Assembly (NCBI GenBank): GCA_964390555.1
Contig: CAYMJU010000033.1
Span: 3,330-67,329 of the forward strand
DNA length: 64,000 nt
Reading direction: 5' to 3'
Source of the DNA: an uncultured Acidimicrobiales bacterium
GTDB taxonomy: Bacteria; Actinomycetota; Acidimicrobiia; Acidimicrobiales; SHLQ01
This document shows, in pieces, positions 1 through 8,625 of the stretch (its first letter is position 1; each line of letters starts with the position of its first letter). The translations under genes were made by a program, and so were the position numbers. The notes under the pieces were generated by a model. It saw nothing but the letters and a program-made list of their open reading frames with translations. It was not told the DNA's origin and searched no databases.

Positions 1-105
1 CGGCTCGTCGAGATCGGCGAGACCGTACGGATGCACGCCCTGGTGGCGGGAGAACAGCTCCACGACACGGTCGGGCGACGCCTCGGGCTCGATCATCACG
101 AGCAT
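1..105 (-). CDS. 5' part of a gene running off the window edge; possibly a GNAT-type acetyltransferase N-terminus
   Basis: Manual translation of the minus strand from ATG at 105 (alternative ATG at 96) gives MLVMIEPEASPDRVVELFSRHQGVHPYGLADLDEP, open to the edge. Not in the ORF track. The product guess rests only on HPYGLADLD resembling a motif I recall from some GNATs. Confidence 0.45.
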   Translation of the reverse strand, partial: MLVMIEPEASPDRVVELFSRHQGVHPYGLADLDEP

Positions 106-139
106 TCAACCGGGTGGCGGGCCCGAACCGTAGGCTCGT

Positions 140-1081
140 GTGGTGGCGTCGAAGCTCGAACGGCTGCTCAATCTGGTCGCCGCGTTGCTCGACACCGAGC
201 GCCCACTGGCGGCCGAGGAGATCCGGGTCCGCATAGACGGCTACGCCGACTCGCAGGCGTCATTCCGGCGGGCGTTCGAGCGGGACAAGGACGACCTACG
301 GGCCATGGGCATCCCGATCGTGATCGAGGCCATCCCGGGCACGAACCCCCCGGCCGACGGCTACCGCATCCATCGCCGCGACTACGCGAGCCGCTCCTCC
401 GCGCTCGAGCCCGACGAGCTGGCCGCGCTTCACCTGGCCGCGTCGCTGGTGGAGATCGAGGGGCTCGACGACGAGGCGTTCTGGAAGCTCGGCGGCGTCG
501 CCGACGAGCCGGAGATCGACGGGCCCCGGTTCTCGCTCCCGACCGACCCGAACCTGGCCGATCTGTTCTCGGCCGCCCGCGAGCGAACGTGGGTCGGTTT
601 CCGCTACCGCAGTGAGCCGCGCCACGTGCTCCCGCGCCGACTCACGTTCACCAACGGACATTGGTACCTGAGCGCATGGGACGCCGTCCGGCGGGATCAC
701 CGTTCCTTCCGCGTCGACCGCATCGACGGTGACGTGTCAGCCGCGGCGGCCGGACCCGATCCAACGGCTGATCCACCCCGCGAGCTTCGCCTGAAGCCGT
801 GGGAGCTCGGCGACGAGGACGACACGCCGGTCCGGGTCCTGATCGACGCCGACCAGGCCGCCTGGGCCCGGCACGAGGTCGGACCGACAGCATCGGTCAG
901 CGAACGTCACGACGGCTCGATCGAAGTCGAGCTGGCCGTGCGCAACCGCGCCGGGCTGTGTTCGTTCGTCCTGTCCTACCTCGACCACGCCGAGGTCCTC
1001 GGACCGCCCGATGTCCGCTCGGAGGTAGTCGCCTGGGTCGAGGGCCTTCTCGCCCGACGTCGGGCGGGAGATACGCAATGA
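140..1081 (+). CDS. pafB: PafB-like HTH-WYL transcriptional regulator
   Basis: N-terminal KLERLLNLVAALL winged helix, RRAFERDKDDLRAMGIP (PafB signature), GHWYL and RSFRVDRI WYL motifs, C-terminal WCX region (AEVLGPPDVR). Confidence 0.92.
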   Translation: MVASKLERLLNLVAALLDTERPLAAEEIRVRIDGYADSQASFRRAFERDKDDLRAMGIPIVIEAIPGTNPPADGYRIHRRDYASRSSALEPDELAALHLAASLVEIEGLDDEAFWKLGGVADEPEIDGPRFSLPTDPNLADLFSAARERTWVGFRYRSEPRHVLPRRLTFTNGHWYLSAWDAVRRDHRSFRVDRIDGDVSAAAAGPDPTADPPRELRLKPWELGDEDDTPVRVLIDADQAAWARHEVGPTASVSERHDGSIEVELAVRNRAGLCSFVLSYLDHAEVLGPPDVRSEVVAWVEGLLARRRAGDTQ

Positions 1082-2052
1082 GCAGGTTGTCGGCGACCGA
1101 GCGCCTGTCGAGACTGCTGTCGATAATCCCGTGGGTCGCCGCCCAGGAGTCGGCGTCGATCGACGAGATCGGTACTCGGTTCGACTACCCACGCGCCGAG
1201 TTGTTGCGGGACCTCGACGAGGTCGTCTTCATGGTCGGGGTCTACCCGTTCACCCCCGACATGTTGATCGAGGTCGACGTGACCGACGATCAGGTGGCCA
1301 TCCGCTACGCCGACTGGTTCTCCCAGCCGATGCAGCTCAGCCCCGAGCAACGGGTGGCCCTGGTTGTCGCCGGGTCGGCGTTGTTGGCCCGAGTCCGCGA
1401 CGACCGCGAGGCCGGCCCGCTGCTGCGCGCCCTGGCCAAGCTCGAGCTGGCGAACCCCGGAGAGGCGACCGTCGATGTGCGGCTGGCATCGGGACTCGAC
1501 GAGACCATTGCTATTTTGCAGCAGGCCATCGAGGAGCGGAGGGCGGCCGAGATCGACTACTACTCGCTCGGGCGCGACGAACGGGTGGACCGGGTAGTGG
1601 AGCCGTGGAAGCTCTTCAGTGCCGATGGACACTGGTATCTCGCCGCGTGGTGCCATATGGCCGCCGCCGAGCGCACCTTCAGGGTGGATCGCGTCCGCGC
1701 CGTCGAGCTGCTCGATATGCGACGTTCGCCGGGAGGCAGCGGGGCCGGCGACGACGCTCCCGATGTCGTCGCCAGCATCACCGATCCACTGAGACCGAGG
1801 GTGGTGCTAGACGTGGCACCCGACATCTCGTGGGTGGCCGGCGCGTACCCGTTCGATTCTGTCGAGCGCCGCGACGACGGCCGCCTGAGGGTGACGATGC
1901 CGGTGGCCAGCTGGGCGTGGCTCGATCGCCTGCTCTTGCGTCTCGGCGCCAAAGCCGAGGTCGTGGCGACGCCCGATGGATACGACAGTACGGGCATGGA
2001 GCGCCTGGCACGCCGAATTCTTGACCGGTACGGTGTCGATTACGTCGGGTGA
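1078..2052 (+). CDS. pafC: PafC-like HTH-WYL transcriptional regulator
   Basis: ATG at 1078 overlaps the pafB stop (ATGA). ERLSRLLSIIPWV N-terminus, GHWYL...RTFRVDRV WYL motifs; tandem with pafB. Confidence 0.92.
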   Translation: MSRLSATERLSRLLSIIPWVAAQESASIDEIGTRFDYPRAELLRDLDEVVFMVGVYPFTPDMLIEVDVTDDQVAIRYADWFSQPMQLSPEQRVALVVAGSALLARVRDDREAGPLLRALAKLELANPGEATVDVRLASGLDETIAILQQAIEERRAAEIDYYSLGRDERVDRVVEPWKLFSADGHWYLAAWCHMAAAERTFRVDRVRAVELLDMRRSPGGSGAGDDAPDVVASITDPLRPRVVLDVAPDISWVAGAYPFDSVERRDDGRLRVTMPVASWAWLDRLLLRLGAKAEVVATPDGYDSTGMERLARRILDRYGVDYVG

Positions 2053-2071
2053 GGGCTAGGGTCGAGCCCCA

Positions 2072-3184
2072 GTGGCGCCGAGCAACCAGGGCCCAGGTGG
2101 GACTTCCCCCGACGATCCCGCCTGGGTCGACCAGATTCTTCAGCGCGCCCGTCACGCGGCGTCGGGGCCGGATCCGGCCCCGCGATCGCCGCTGCCCGCG
2201 GCCCCACGCGCGCCCGAGGCTCCGAGCGCAGCGCCTGTGCGTCGTCGCCCGTCGGCGGTCGGTCGGCCCGCGCCGGGTCCCGAGGGTCAGCCCCCAACGC
2301 GGCCCGGTTCATCTGCGCCGCGGGCACCGGTAGCCGGTCCACCGGCCGCGCTCCCGCCCGGCACCGGTCCACCGCGCGAGCGGCCACCCCTGTCGACGGC
2401 GGGGCCCCAAGGCGCTCGTGCTTCGGAGCGTGGCGGCGTGGACGGCCGGCCGCCTGGGTCTACCAACGGAGCTGAGCGGCGCCGGCCGGCTCCGCACCCG
2501 GAGCGACCACTCGACGAGTGGTCTCGTCCGGCCCGCACCGCGGTTGTAGATCGTTCGGTTGGTCCGCCCGCAGGTGATAACGACGACGGCGACGGCAACG
2601 AGGACGAGAAGACCACCGGCGATGTGCTTCGCGCCGTTGTCGAGTGGGTGGCGGTGATCGTTGGCGCCTTCGTCGTTGCTCTGCTGATCAAGGCTTACCT
2701 GTTCCAGCCGTTCTTCATCCCCTCGGGTTCGATGGAACCGACGCTTCAGATCGACGACCGGGTGCTGGTCAACAAGCTCAGCTACGACCTCCACGAGGTG
2801 AACCGCGGCGACATCATCGTGTTCGAGCGCCCCGAGAACCTCGACGAAGGTGAGATCCACGACCTGATCAAGCGGGTCATCGGGTTGGCCAATGACACCC
2901 TCGAGAGCACCGCTGACGGCCGGGTGCTCATCAACGGTCACCTACTCGAGGAGCCGTACCTCACCAGCAACGTGCTCACGACCGGGATCGGGCACTTACC
3001 CGGATGCATCAACCCGCCCGAGGAGACGACCAAGTGCACCGTCCCACCGGGCCACGTGTTCGTTCTCGGGGACAATCGCAACAACTCTACGGACAGTCGC
3101 GTGTTCGGGCCGATCTCCGAGGACCTGATCGTGGGTAGGGCGTTCCTGCGGGTGTGGCCGATCACGACCATCGAGTTCCTCTGA
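2072..3184 (+). CDS. lepB: Signal peptidase I with long Pro/Arg-rich N-terminal extension
   Basis: TM segment followed by PFFIPSGSMEPTL (catalytic Ser box), DRVLVNKL, LIKRVIG (catalytic Lys), GDNRNNSTDSR. Confidence 0.93.
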   Translation: MAPSNQGPGGTSPDDPAWVDQILQRARHAASGPDPAPRSPLPAAPRAPEAPSAAPVRRRPSAVGRPAPGPEGQPPTRPGSSAPRAPVAGPPAALPPGTGPPRERPPLSTAGPQGARASERGGVDGRPPGSTNGAERRRPAPHPERPLDEWSRPARTAVVDRSVGPPAGDNDDGDGNEDEKTTGDVLRAVVEWVAVIVGAFVVALLIKAYLFQPFFIPSGSMEPTLQIDDRVLVNKLSYDLHEVNRGDIIVFERPENLDEGEIHDLIKRVIGLANDTLESTADGRVLINGHLLEEPYLTSNVLTTGIGHLPGCINPPEETTKCTVPPGHVFVLGDNRNNSTDSRVFGPISEDLIVGRAFLRVWPITTIEFL

Positions 3185-3206
3185 CGTCACCGAGCGGCGC
3201 GGGTAC

Positions 3207-3920
3207 TCAGCCGTACACCTGGCCCAGGGCATCGCTCATCCGGTCGGGGTGATCCGAGTAGACGGCGTCGATGCCCATGTCGAGCGCCTCTATCAGCTGC
3301 CGTTCGAACTGGGCGTCCCACGCGAACGCCCGCCGGTCGAATCGATGGCACATGGTGACGTGCCCCCCCGACCAGTCCTCGACCGGCATGTTGAGGGCGT
3401 CGATGCCGCCAGCAGCCAGATCGGCCGCGTGGCGCTCGAGGCCCCGGGTCAGGCGGGCGTAACGGGTCGAGTGCACGAGGTGGGCGCCCGCGGTCGAGTC
3501 GCGCCACCTGAGCAGCAGGTCGAGATCGGGGTGGCAGATCCAGGTGCGGTCGACGGCGCGGTGGAGGTTGGCCGATTCCAGGACGAACGGGAGAGCGTCG
3601 GGTTCTTTGAGGTCGAGCGAGACGTGGACACCGGGTGGGCACAAGTCGAAGAGCTCGTCGACGGTGGGAACCTCGGCCGGTAGCTCATCGCGGCAGATCT
3701 GCCCGATCATCCGGCGGCGCATCCGGCCGCCGACGACACCGTTGTGATCGAGGACCGCAACCCGGTCCGCGGTGAGCCACACGTCTGATTCGAGGCCAGT
3801 GGCGCCCAGGCGAAGCGCGAGCCGGAAGGCCTCGGTCGTGTTCTCCGGCGCGTGGGCGCGGGCACCCCTGTGGGCGAACAGGATGGGTGGTGCACCGAGC
3901 GGCTTCAGTCGAGGTGACAC
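3207..3920 (-). CDS. Glycerophosphodiester phosphodiesterase family protein
   Basis: FAHRGARAHAPENT...GLESDVWLT...VLDH GDPD motifs; C-terminal GIDAVYSDHP. Confidence 0.9.
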   Translation of the reverse strand: MSPRLKPLGAPPILFAHRGARAHAPENTTEAFRLALRLGATGLESDVWLTADRVAVLDHNGVVGGRMRRRMIGQICRDELPAEVPTVDELFDLCPPGVHVSLDLKEPDALPFVLESANLHRAVDRTWICHPDLDLLLRWRDSTAGAHLVHSTRYARLTRGLERHAADLAAGGIDALNMPVEDWSGGHVTMCHRFDRRAFAWDAQFERQLIEALDMGIDAVYSDHPDRMSDALGQVYG

Positions 3921-4141
3921 GGGATCATCGTGCCTTGTCGTAGTGGGTCACGCCATCACGAACCCGCGCGCCCAGCGAAATCGGCACGGTTGCGCGCGCA
4001 ACGTGGTCATGGCGGGGTCGAATTGCCCAATCGGTGAGTTGAAATTGATCCATGAGACCCCTCCAGCTTTTCGCCATCTGGTCCGATCACTCAGTCACGG
4101 GCAAAGCCAGAACATCGACGTGAGTAGGGGCCTTCAGCACC

Positions 4142-4465
4142 ATGGCGACAATACGAGCGAGCTGCCAAACCTGCGGGGACGTCGAGCTGACCACACGCGA
4201 CGTGCGGGTTCGGGTCTGTCTCGATGACAACCGAGGTGAGTACGCGTTCCGGTGCCCCGCGTGCCGGATGACCGTCGTGAAGGCGGCCGAGCCTCGGACG
4301 GTCGACCTGCTGGTGGCGTCGGGCGTGCTCCTCGACACGTGGAGCTTGCCGGCCGAGCTCCGCGAGCGTCCGACGGGCAACCCGATCACCCACGACGACA
4401 TCTTGGACTTCCATCGGATCCTCAACGACGAGTCGCAGTTCGCCGACGCCCTCAACCGTCTCTGA
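4142..4465 (+). CDS. Small hypothetical protein with Zn-ribbon (CxxC...CxxC)
   Basis: CQTC and CPAC pairs 26 aa apart; clean ATG with upstream purine tract. Confidence 0.75.
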   Translation: MATIRASCQTCGDVELTTRDVRVRVCLDDNRGEYAFRCPACRMTVVKAAEPRTVDLLVASGVLLDTWSLPAELRERPTGNPITHDDILDFHRILNDESQFADALNRL

Positions 4466-4539
4466 CACGGCACGTTCGTGCCCGCCGGACATGGTCCGGC
4501 CGATCGCAACAGGTTCAGGGGGCGGCTACCATCAGCGCC

Positions 4540-4737
4540 GTGTGGTGGTGGCTGGCTCCGGGGGCGGCGATCCTGCTGTCGGTCGTGGTGCTGGCCACGT
4601 GGCTCACGCGGGTGGCCGAAGAGTCAGAGCGCCTGCGAGATTCGTTCGCTCGGCTGGGCCGCGTCGTCGTCGCGGCTGACGAGGTGAGACGAGACGCTCG
4701 TCGGCTCCGCCCTCCGGGCACGCCCACCCACCGGTAG
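4540..4737 (+). CDS. Small single-pass membrane protein upstream of tatB
   Basis: GTG at 4540 gives MWWWLAPGAAILLSVVVLATWL (TM) followed by an amphipathic charged helix; fills the gap before tatB. Confidence 0.55.
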   Translation: MWWWLAPGAAILLSVVVLATWLTRVAEESERLRDSFARLGRVVVAADEVRRDARRLRPPGTPTHR

Positions 4738-4747
4738 ACTCGTCCCA

Positions 4748-5179
4748 ATGGGCAACATCGGTGGTGGCGAGCTCATCCTTGTGCTGCTCGTGGCCCTTGT
4801 CGTGCTCGGGCCTCAACGCCTCCCCGGCGCCATGAGGGAAGTCGGCAAGGTCGTAGGTGAGCTGCGACGGGTCTCGCAGGGATTCAAGGCCGAGCTCGAT
4901 TCGGCGGCCCGGATGGGCGACGACGACGAGGTCGAGCGCAAAGCGCGCCAGAAGGGCCGAGCGAGCACCGCGGCTCCCGCGGCGGCGATCGCAGCCGTTC
5001 CCACGCCCGCCCCTGACTCGTCGGCGCCTGCCGAGACAGATGGCGACGACATCCCGGCGAACGACGACCCGGCGAACGACGATCCGGCTTCGACCGCGGA
5101 CGCGATCGAGCCCTCGACCGCGTCGCTGACACCTAGCGAACCCGTGGCCGACCTCGGCGATCCCGCGCCAACGAGCTGA
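4748..5179 (+). CDS. tatB: Twin-arginine translocase subunit TatB (TatA/B family)
   Basis: IGGGELILVLLVALVVLGPQRLP with Glu8 and GPxRLP hinge; acidic/Pro-rich tail; immediately upstream of tatC. Confidence 0.85.
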   Translation: MGNIGGGELILVLLVALVVLGPQRLPGAMREVGKVVGELRRVSQGFKAELDSAARMGDDDEVERKARQKGRASTAAPAAAIAAVPTPAPDSSAPAETDGDDIPANDDPANDDPASTADAIEPSTASLTPSEPVADLGDPAPTS

Positions 5180-5181
5180 GC

Positions 5182-5982
5182 ATGGCTGCCCCGGCCGCGG
5201 CGCCCGTCGAAGCCGGGCGCATGACTCTTGTCGAGCACTTGACCGAGCTACGTCGGCGCATTGTCACCAGCGTGATAGCGATCGCCGCCGGCGGGGTGGT
5301 GTGCTGGATCTTCTACCCCGACATCCTCGACTTCCTTGTCAGGCCGTACTGCGAGTCGCTTCCGGAGCGAGCTCGCCGGGCGTCGGGCGCCCTCAGCGGT
5401 GGGAGCGACGACTGCGCTCTGTTGCAGACCGAGCCGCTCGCCGGATTCTCGTTGCGCATGACCGTCGCCGGGTACGGGGGGCTGGTCATCGCCATCCCGG
5501 TGGTGCTCTGGCAGGTTTGGCGGTTCATCACACCCGGTCTGTACGCCCACGAGAAGAAGTGGGCGATCCCGTTCGTCTTGTCGGGCGTGGCCTTGTTCAC
5601 CCTCGGCGGCGGCCTGGCGTTCTGGACGTTGCCGAAAGCGCTCGAATTCCTGATCGACATCGGCGGCCCTGACCTGGTCACGGTGTTCGCGCCGAACGCA
5701 TACCTGAGCTTCGTGATCAAGATGATCGTCGGGTTCGGGCTCGGTTTCGAGCTGCCGCTGATCCTGGTGTTCCTCCAGCTCATCGGGGTACTGTCCAACG
5801 GCACCCTTCGGCGCGGCCGGCGCTATGCCATGGTCGGCATCGTGGCCGTCGGCGCCGTGCTGACACCGAGTGGCGATCCGTTCACGTTGATGGCCCTGTC
5901 GATACCGTTGTATGTGCTGTACGAAATCTCGATCCTGATCGGTTGGTGGACCCGAGCGCGAGGTTCGCGCGGCGCAGAGTGA
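5182..5982 (+). CDS. tatC: Twin-arginine translocase subunit TatC
   Basis: MTLVEHLTELRRR, WQVWRFITPGLYAHEKK, FELP, LTPSGDPFTL motifs; six hydrophobic segments. Confidence 0.96.
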   Translation: MAAPAAAPVEAGRMTLVEHLTELRRRIVTSVIAIAAGGVVCWIFYPDILDFLVRPYCESLPERARRASGALSGGSDDCALLQTEPLAGFSLRMTVAGYGGLVIAIPVVLWQVWRFITPGLYAHEKKWAIPFVLSGVALFTLGGGLAFWTLPKALEFLIDIGGPDLVTVFAPNAYLSFVIKMIVGFGLGFELPLILVFLQLIGVLSNGTLRRGRRYAMVGIVAVGAVLTPSGDPFTLMALSIPLYVLYEISILIGWWTRARGSRGAE

Positions 5983-8537
5983 GCGCGCCGGCGGCGGTCG
6001 TTCCCGACCGCTTTCAGATCGAAGCGATCGAGGCGCTCGATCAGGGTCACTCCGTACTCGTCGCGGCCCCGACCGGCTCGGGCAAGACCATGGTTGCCGA
6101 GCACGCCATCGCCCGGGCGATCTGCCGCGGCGGTAAGGCGTTCTACACCGCACCCATCAAGGCGCTGTCGAACCAGAAGTTCAGGAACTTCCGCGAGATG
6201 TACGGCCCGGATCGGGTCGGCCTGCTCACCGGAGATCACAGCATCAACGGTGATGCCCCTCTGGTGGTCATGACCACCGAAGTGCTGCGCAACATGCTGT
6301 ACGGCGGGAGCCCCGCGCTGGTGGGGTTGGACTGCGTGATCCTCGACGAGGTGCATTACCTCGAGGATCGCTACCGCGGCCCGGTGTGGGAAGAGGTGAT
6401 CCTGAATCTTCCGCCCGCTGTCAGCCTCGTCTGCCTGTCGGCCACCGTGTCCAATAGCGACGAGCTGGGCGAGTGGTTGGAATCGGTTCGGGGCTCGTTT
6501 CGCCGTGTCGTGGAGACCGAGCGGCCGGTCGAGTTGACGAATTTCCTGCTCGTCGGGGACCGCGACTCCGACCGCCGTCACCTGGTTCCGGTCGTCGTCG
6601 ATGGTCGTCCCAATCGAGACGGCTCCCGGTTTGACGCCGCCGGTCCGGTGTTGCGCCGCCGTGGGCGGGCCCGACCCGATGGCCGTGGCGGCGACGATCG
6701 CGATCGGCGGCACGTGCCCTGGCAGACGCCCCGGCGCCTCGAGGTGCTCGACGAGCTGGAACGGCGATCGTTGCTCCCGGCGATCGTGTTCGTCTTCAGC
6801 CGAGCCGGCTGCGACGACGCCGCCCGGGCCTGTCACCGCTCGGGCGTCCGGTTCACCGAGGAGGGCGAGCGGGCGCGCATCGAGGCCATCATCGCCGACG
6901 CCACCCGTGGGGTGGCCGCCGCGGACCTCGACGTGCTCGGATTCGACGAGTGGGCGTCGATCTTGTCGTCGGGTATCGCGTCGCACCACGCCGGCCTGGT
7001 GCCGCCATTCAAGGACGCCGTCGAGCGGGCGTTCACCGCAGGGCTGGTGAAGGTCGTCTTCGCCACCGAGACCCTCGCGCTCGGCATCAACATGCCGGCG
7101 CGATCGGTGGTGATCGAGCGGTTGACGAAGTTCACCGGGGAGCGCCACGAGTTCCTCACGCCGGGCCAGTACACGCAACTCACCGGGCGGGCCGGCCGGC
7201 GGGGCCTCGACGCCCAGGGAACCGCGGTCGTGTTGTGGTCACCGTTCGTGTCGTTCGGCCAACTCGCCGCGTTGGTGTCGAGCTCGCGGTTCGAGCTGCG
7301 GTCGGCGTTCCGGCCCACCTACAACATGGCCGCCAACCTCGTCGTCCGCCACGACCGCGCCGCCGCCATCGATCTGCTCGGACGGTCCTTCGCCCAGTTC
7401 CAGAGCGACCGCGGCATCGGCCTCACCCACGTGAGGCTCGATCGCGCCCGTCGCGATCTTGCCTCCATGAGGCAACAGCTCCAAGGCGCTGAACGCGGCG
7501 TGGTCCCGCTCGGGGAACCGGACCGTGCTGACGCCGAGGAGATCGCGGCCATCGCCGGGTCGTTGCGGCCAGGCGACGTGATCGTCATCGCCCACAGCCG
7601 CTTTGCGGTCCTCGGCGTGTCGCGCCGGCGGGGCGGTCGCACGCTGCTCCGCCTCGTGGACACTTCAGGATCGGTTCACGGGATCGAGGCGAGCGAGCTC
7701 GAGCAGTTGACCGAAGCGCGAGGTCGGGTGGAGCTCCCCACGCCCTTCGCGCCGCACAGTGCCTCTTTCGCCAGCGAGGTGGCGCGCCGCACCCGCAAGG
7801 CTCGCTTGCGACCAGCGGCGCCCGGCGCTCGGGCGCGCAGTCGCACCGCGACCGTCCCGAGCGATCCGCGACGACGAGTCGATGCGGCCGTAGCGGCGGT
7901 CGAGCGACTGGAGCGGCGGGTGCAGAGCGAAGCCGGCTCGCTCGTCGCCCGGTTCGACACCGTTCTAGACCTGCTCGCTACGTGGGGTCACGTTCGGGCG
8001 TGGTCGTTGACCCCGCGCGGCGATGTGCTGCGACGCGTGTATCACGAGAGCGATCTGCTCATCGCCGATGCGGTCGTCGATGGTCTGCTCGACGGCCTCG
8101 CGGCCCCCGAGCTGGCCGGTGTCGCCTCGCTACTCACCTACGAGCACCGCAGCTCCGACCCGGCGCCGCCGCCCTGGTACGCCAGCCGGGCCATGCGCGG
8201 AGCCGCAGAAGCGTTGATCGGTCGCGGGCTTCGGCTCCAGGCCGACGAGTCTGCTCGGGGTCTGCCCCTGACCCGCCTTCCCGACCCAACCTTCGCCGGA
8301 CACGCGCACGCCTGGGCCGCGGGCGCCGGGCTCGGCGACGTGACCGACGAGGTGGTCCGCGCCGGCGACTTCGTCCGCAACGTCCGCCAGCTCGTCGACC
8401 TCCTCGAACAGGTCGCCGACGTCAGCCCGGTCGCCGCCACGCAGGCGACAGCCCGCGAGGCCGTCGAACGCCTCGACAGGGGAGTGGTCGCGGCGGCTCG
8501 AGCCCTGCCCGACAACCATGACGACACTGCGCTATGA
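5979..8537 (+). CDS. helY: Ski2-like DEAD/DEAH RNA helicase HelY
   Basis: GTG at 5979 overlaps the tatC stop. APTGSGKT, PIKALSNQK, DEVH, LSAT, FATETLALGINMPA, QLTGRAGRRG; DSHCT-like C-terminus (GDFVRNVRQLVDLL). Confidence 0.93.
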   Translation: MSAPAAVVPDRFQIEAIEALDQGHSVLVAAPTGSGKTMVAEHAIARAICRGGKAFYTAPIKALSNQKFRNFREMYGPDRVGLLTGDHSINGDAPLVVMTTEVLRNMLYGGSPALVGLDCVILDEVHYLEDRYRGPVWEEVILNLPPAVSLVCLSATVSNSDELGEWLESVRGSFRRVVETERPVELTNFLLVGDRDSDRRHLVPVVVDGRPNRDGSRFDAAGPVLRRRGRARPDGRGGDDRDRRHVPWQTPRRLEVLDELERRSLLPAIVFVFSRAGCDDAARACHRSGVRFTEEGERARIEAIIADATRGVAAADLDVLGFDEWASILSSGIASHHAGLVPPFKDAVERAFTAGLVKVVFATETLALGINMPARSVVIERLTKFTGERHEFLTPGQYTQLTGRAGRRGLDAQGTAVVLWSPFVSFGQLAALVSSSRFELRSAFRPTYNMAANLVVRHDRAAAIDLLGRSFAQFQSDRGIGLTHVRLDRARRDLASMRQQLQGAERGVVPLGEPDRADAEEIAAIAGSLRPGDVIVIAHSRFAVLGVSRRRGGRTLLRLVDTSGSVHGIEASELEQLTEARGRVELPTPFAPHSASFASEVARRTRKARLRPAAPGARARSRTATVPSDPRRRVDAAVAAVERLERRVQSEAGSLVARFDTVLDLLATWGHVRAWSLTPRGDVLRRVYHESDLLIADAVVDGLLDGLAAPELAGVASLLTYEHRSSDPAPPPWYASRAMRGAAEALIGRGLRLQADESARGLPLTRLPDPTFAGHAHAWAAGAGLGDVTDEVVRAGDFVRNVRQLVDLLEQVADVSPVAATQATAREAVERLDRGVVAAARALPDNHDDTAL

Positions 8538-8617
8538 GCGAAGCGCAGCGAGCGAGTGCAGCCGAGGGAGCGCAGCTCCCCGGATGCCGATGGGGTCTGG
8601 GGGCGCGTAGCCCCCAG
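8538..8617. repeat. Intergenic palindromic (REP-like) element
   Basis: Hairpins GGGAGC-GCA-GCTCCC (8566-8580) and CTGGGGGC-GCGTA-GCCCCCAG (8597-8617), plus GCGAAGC/GCGCAGC at 8538-8549. Confidence 0.7.
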
Positions 8618-8625
8618 CGACAACT

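Noticed and set aside
140-2052. WYL pair as regulator of a phage-defence or CRISPR system
   Set aside because: Both proteins carry PafB/PafC signatures and sit in the tat-helY context; no cas or defence genes are nearby.
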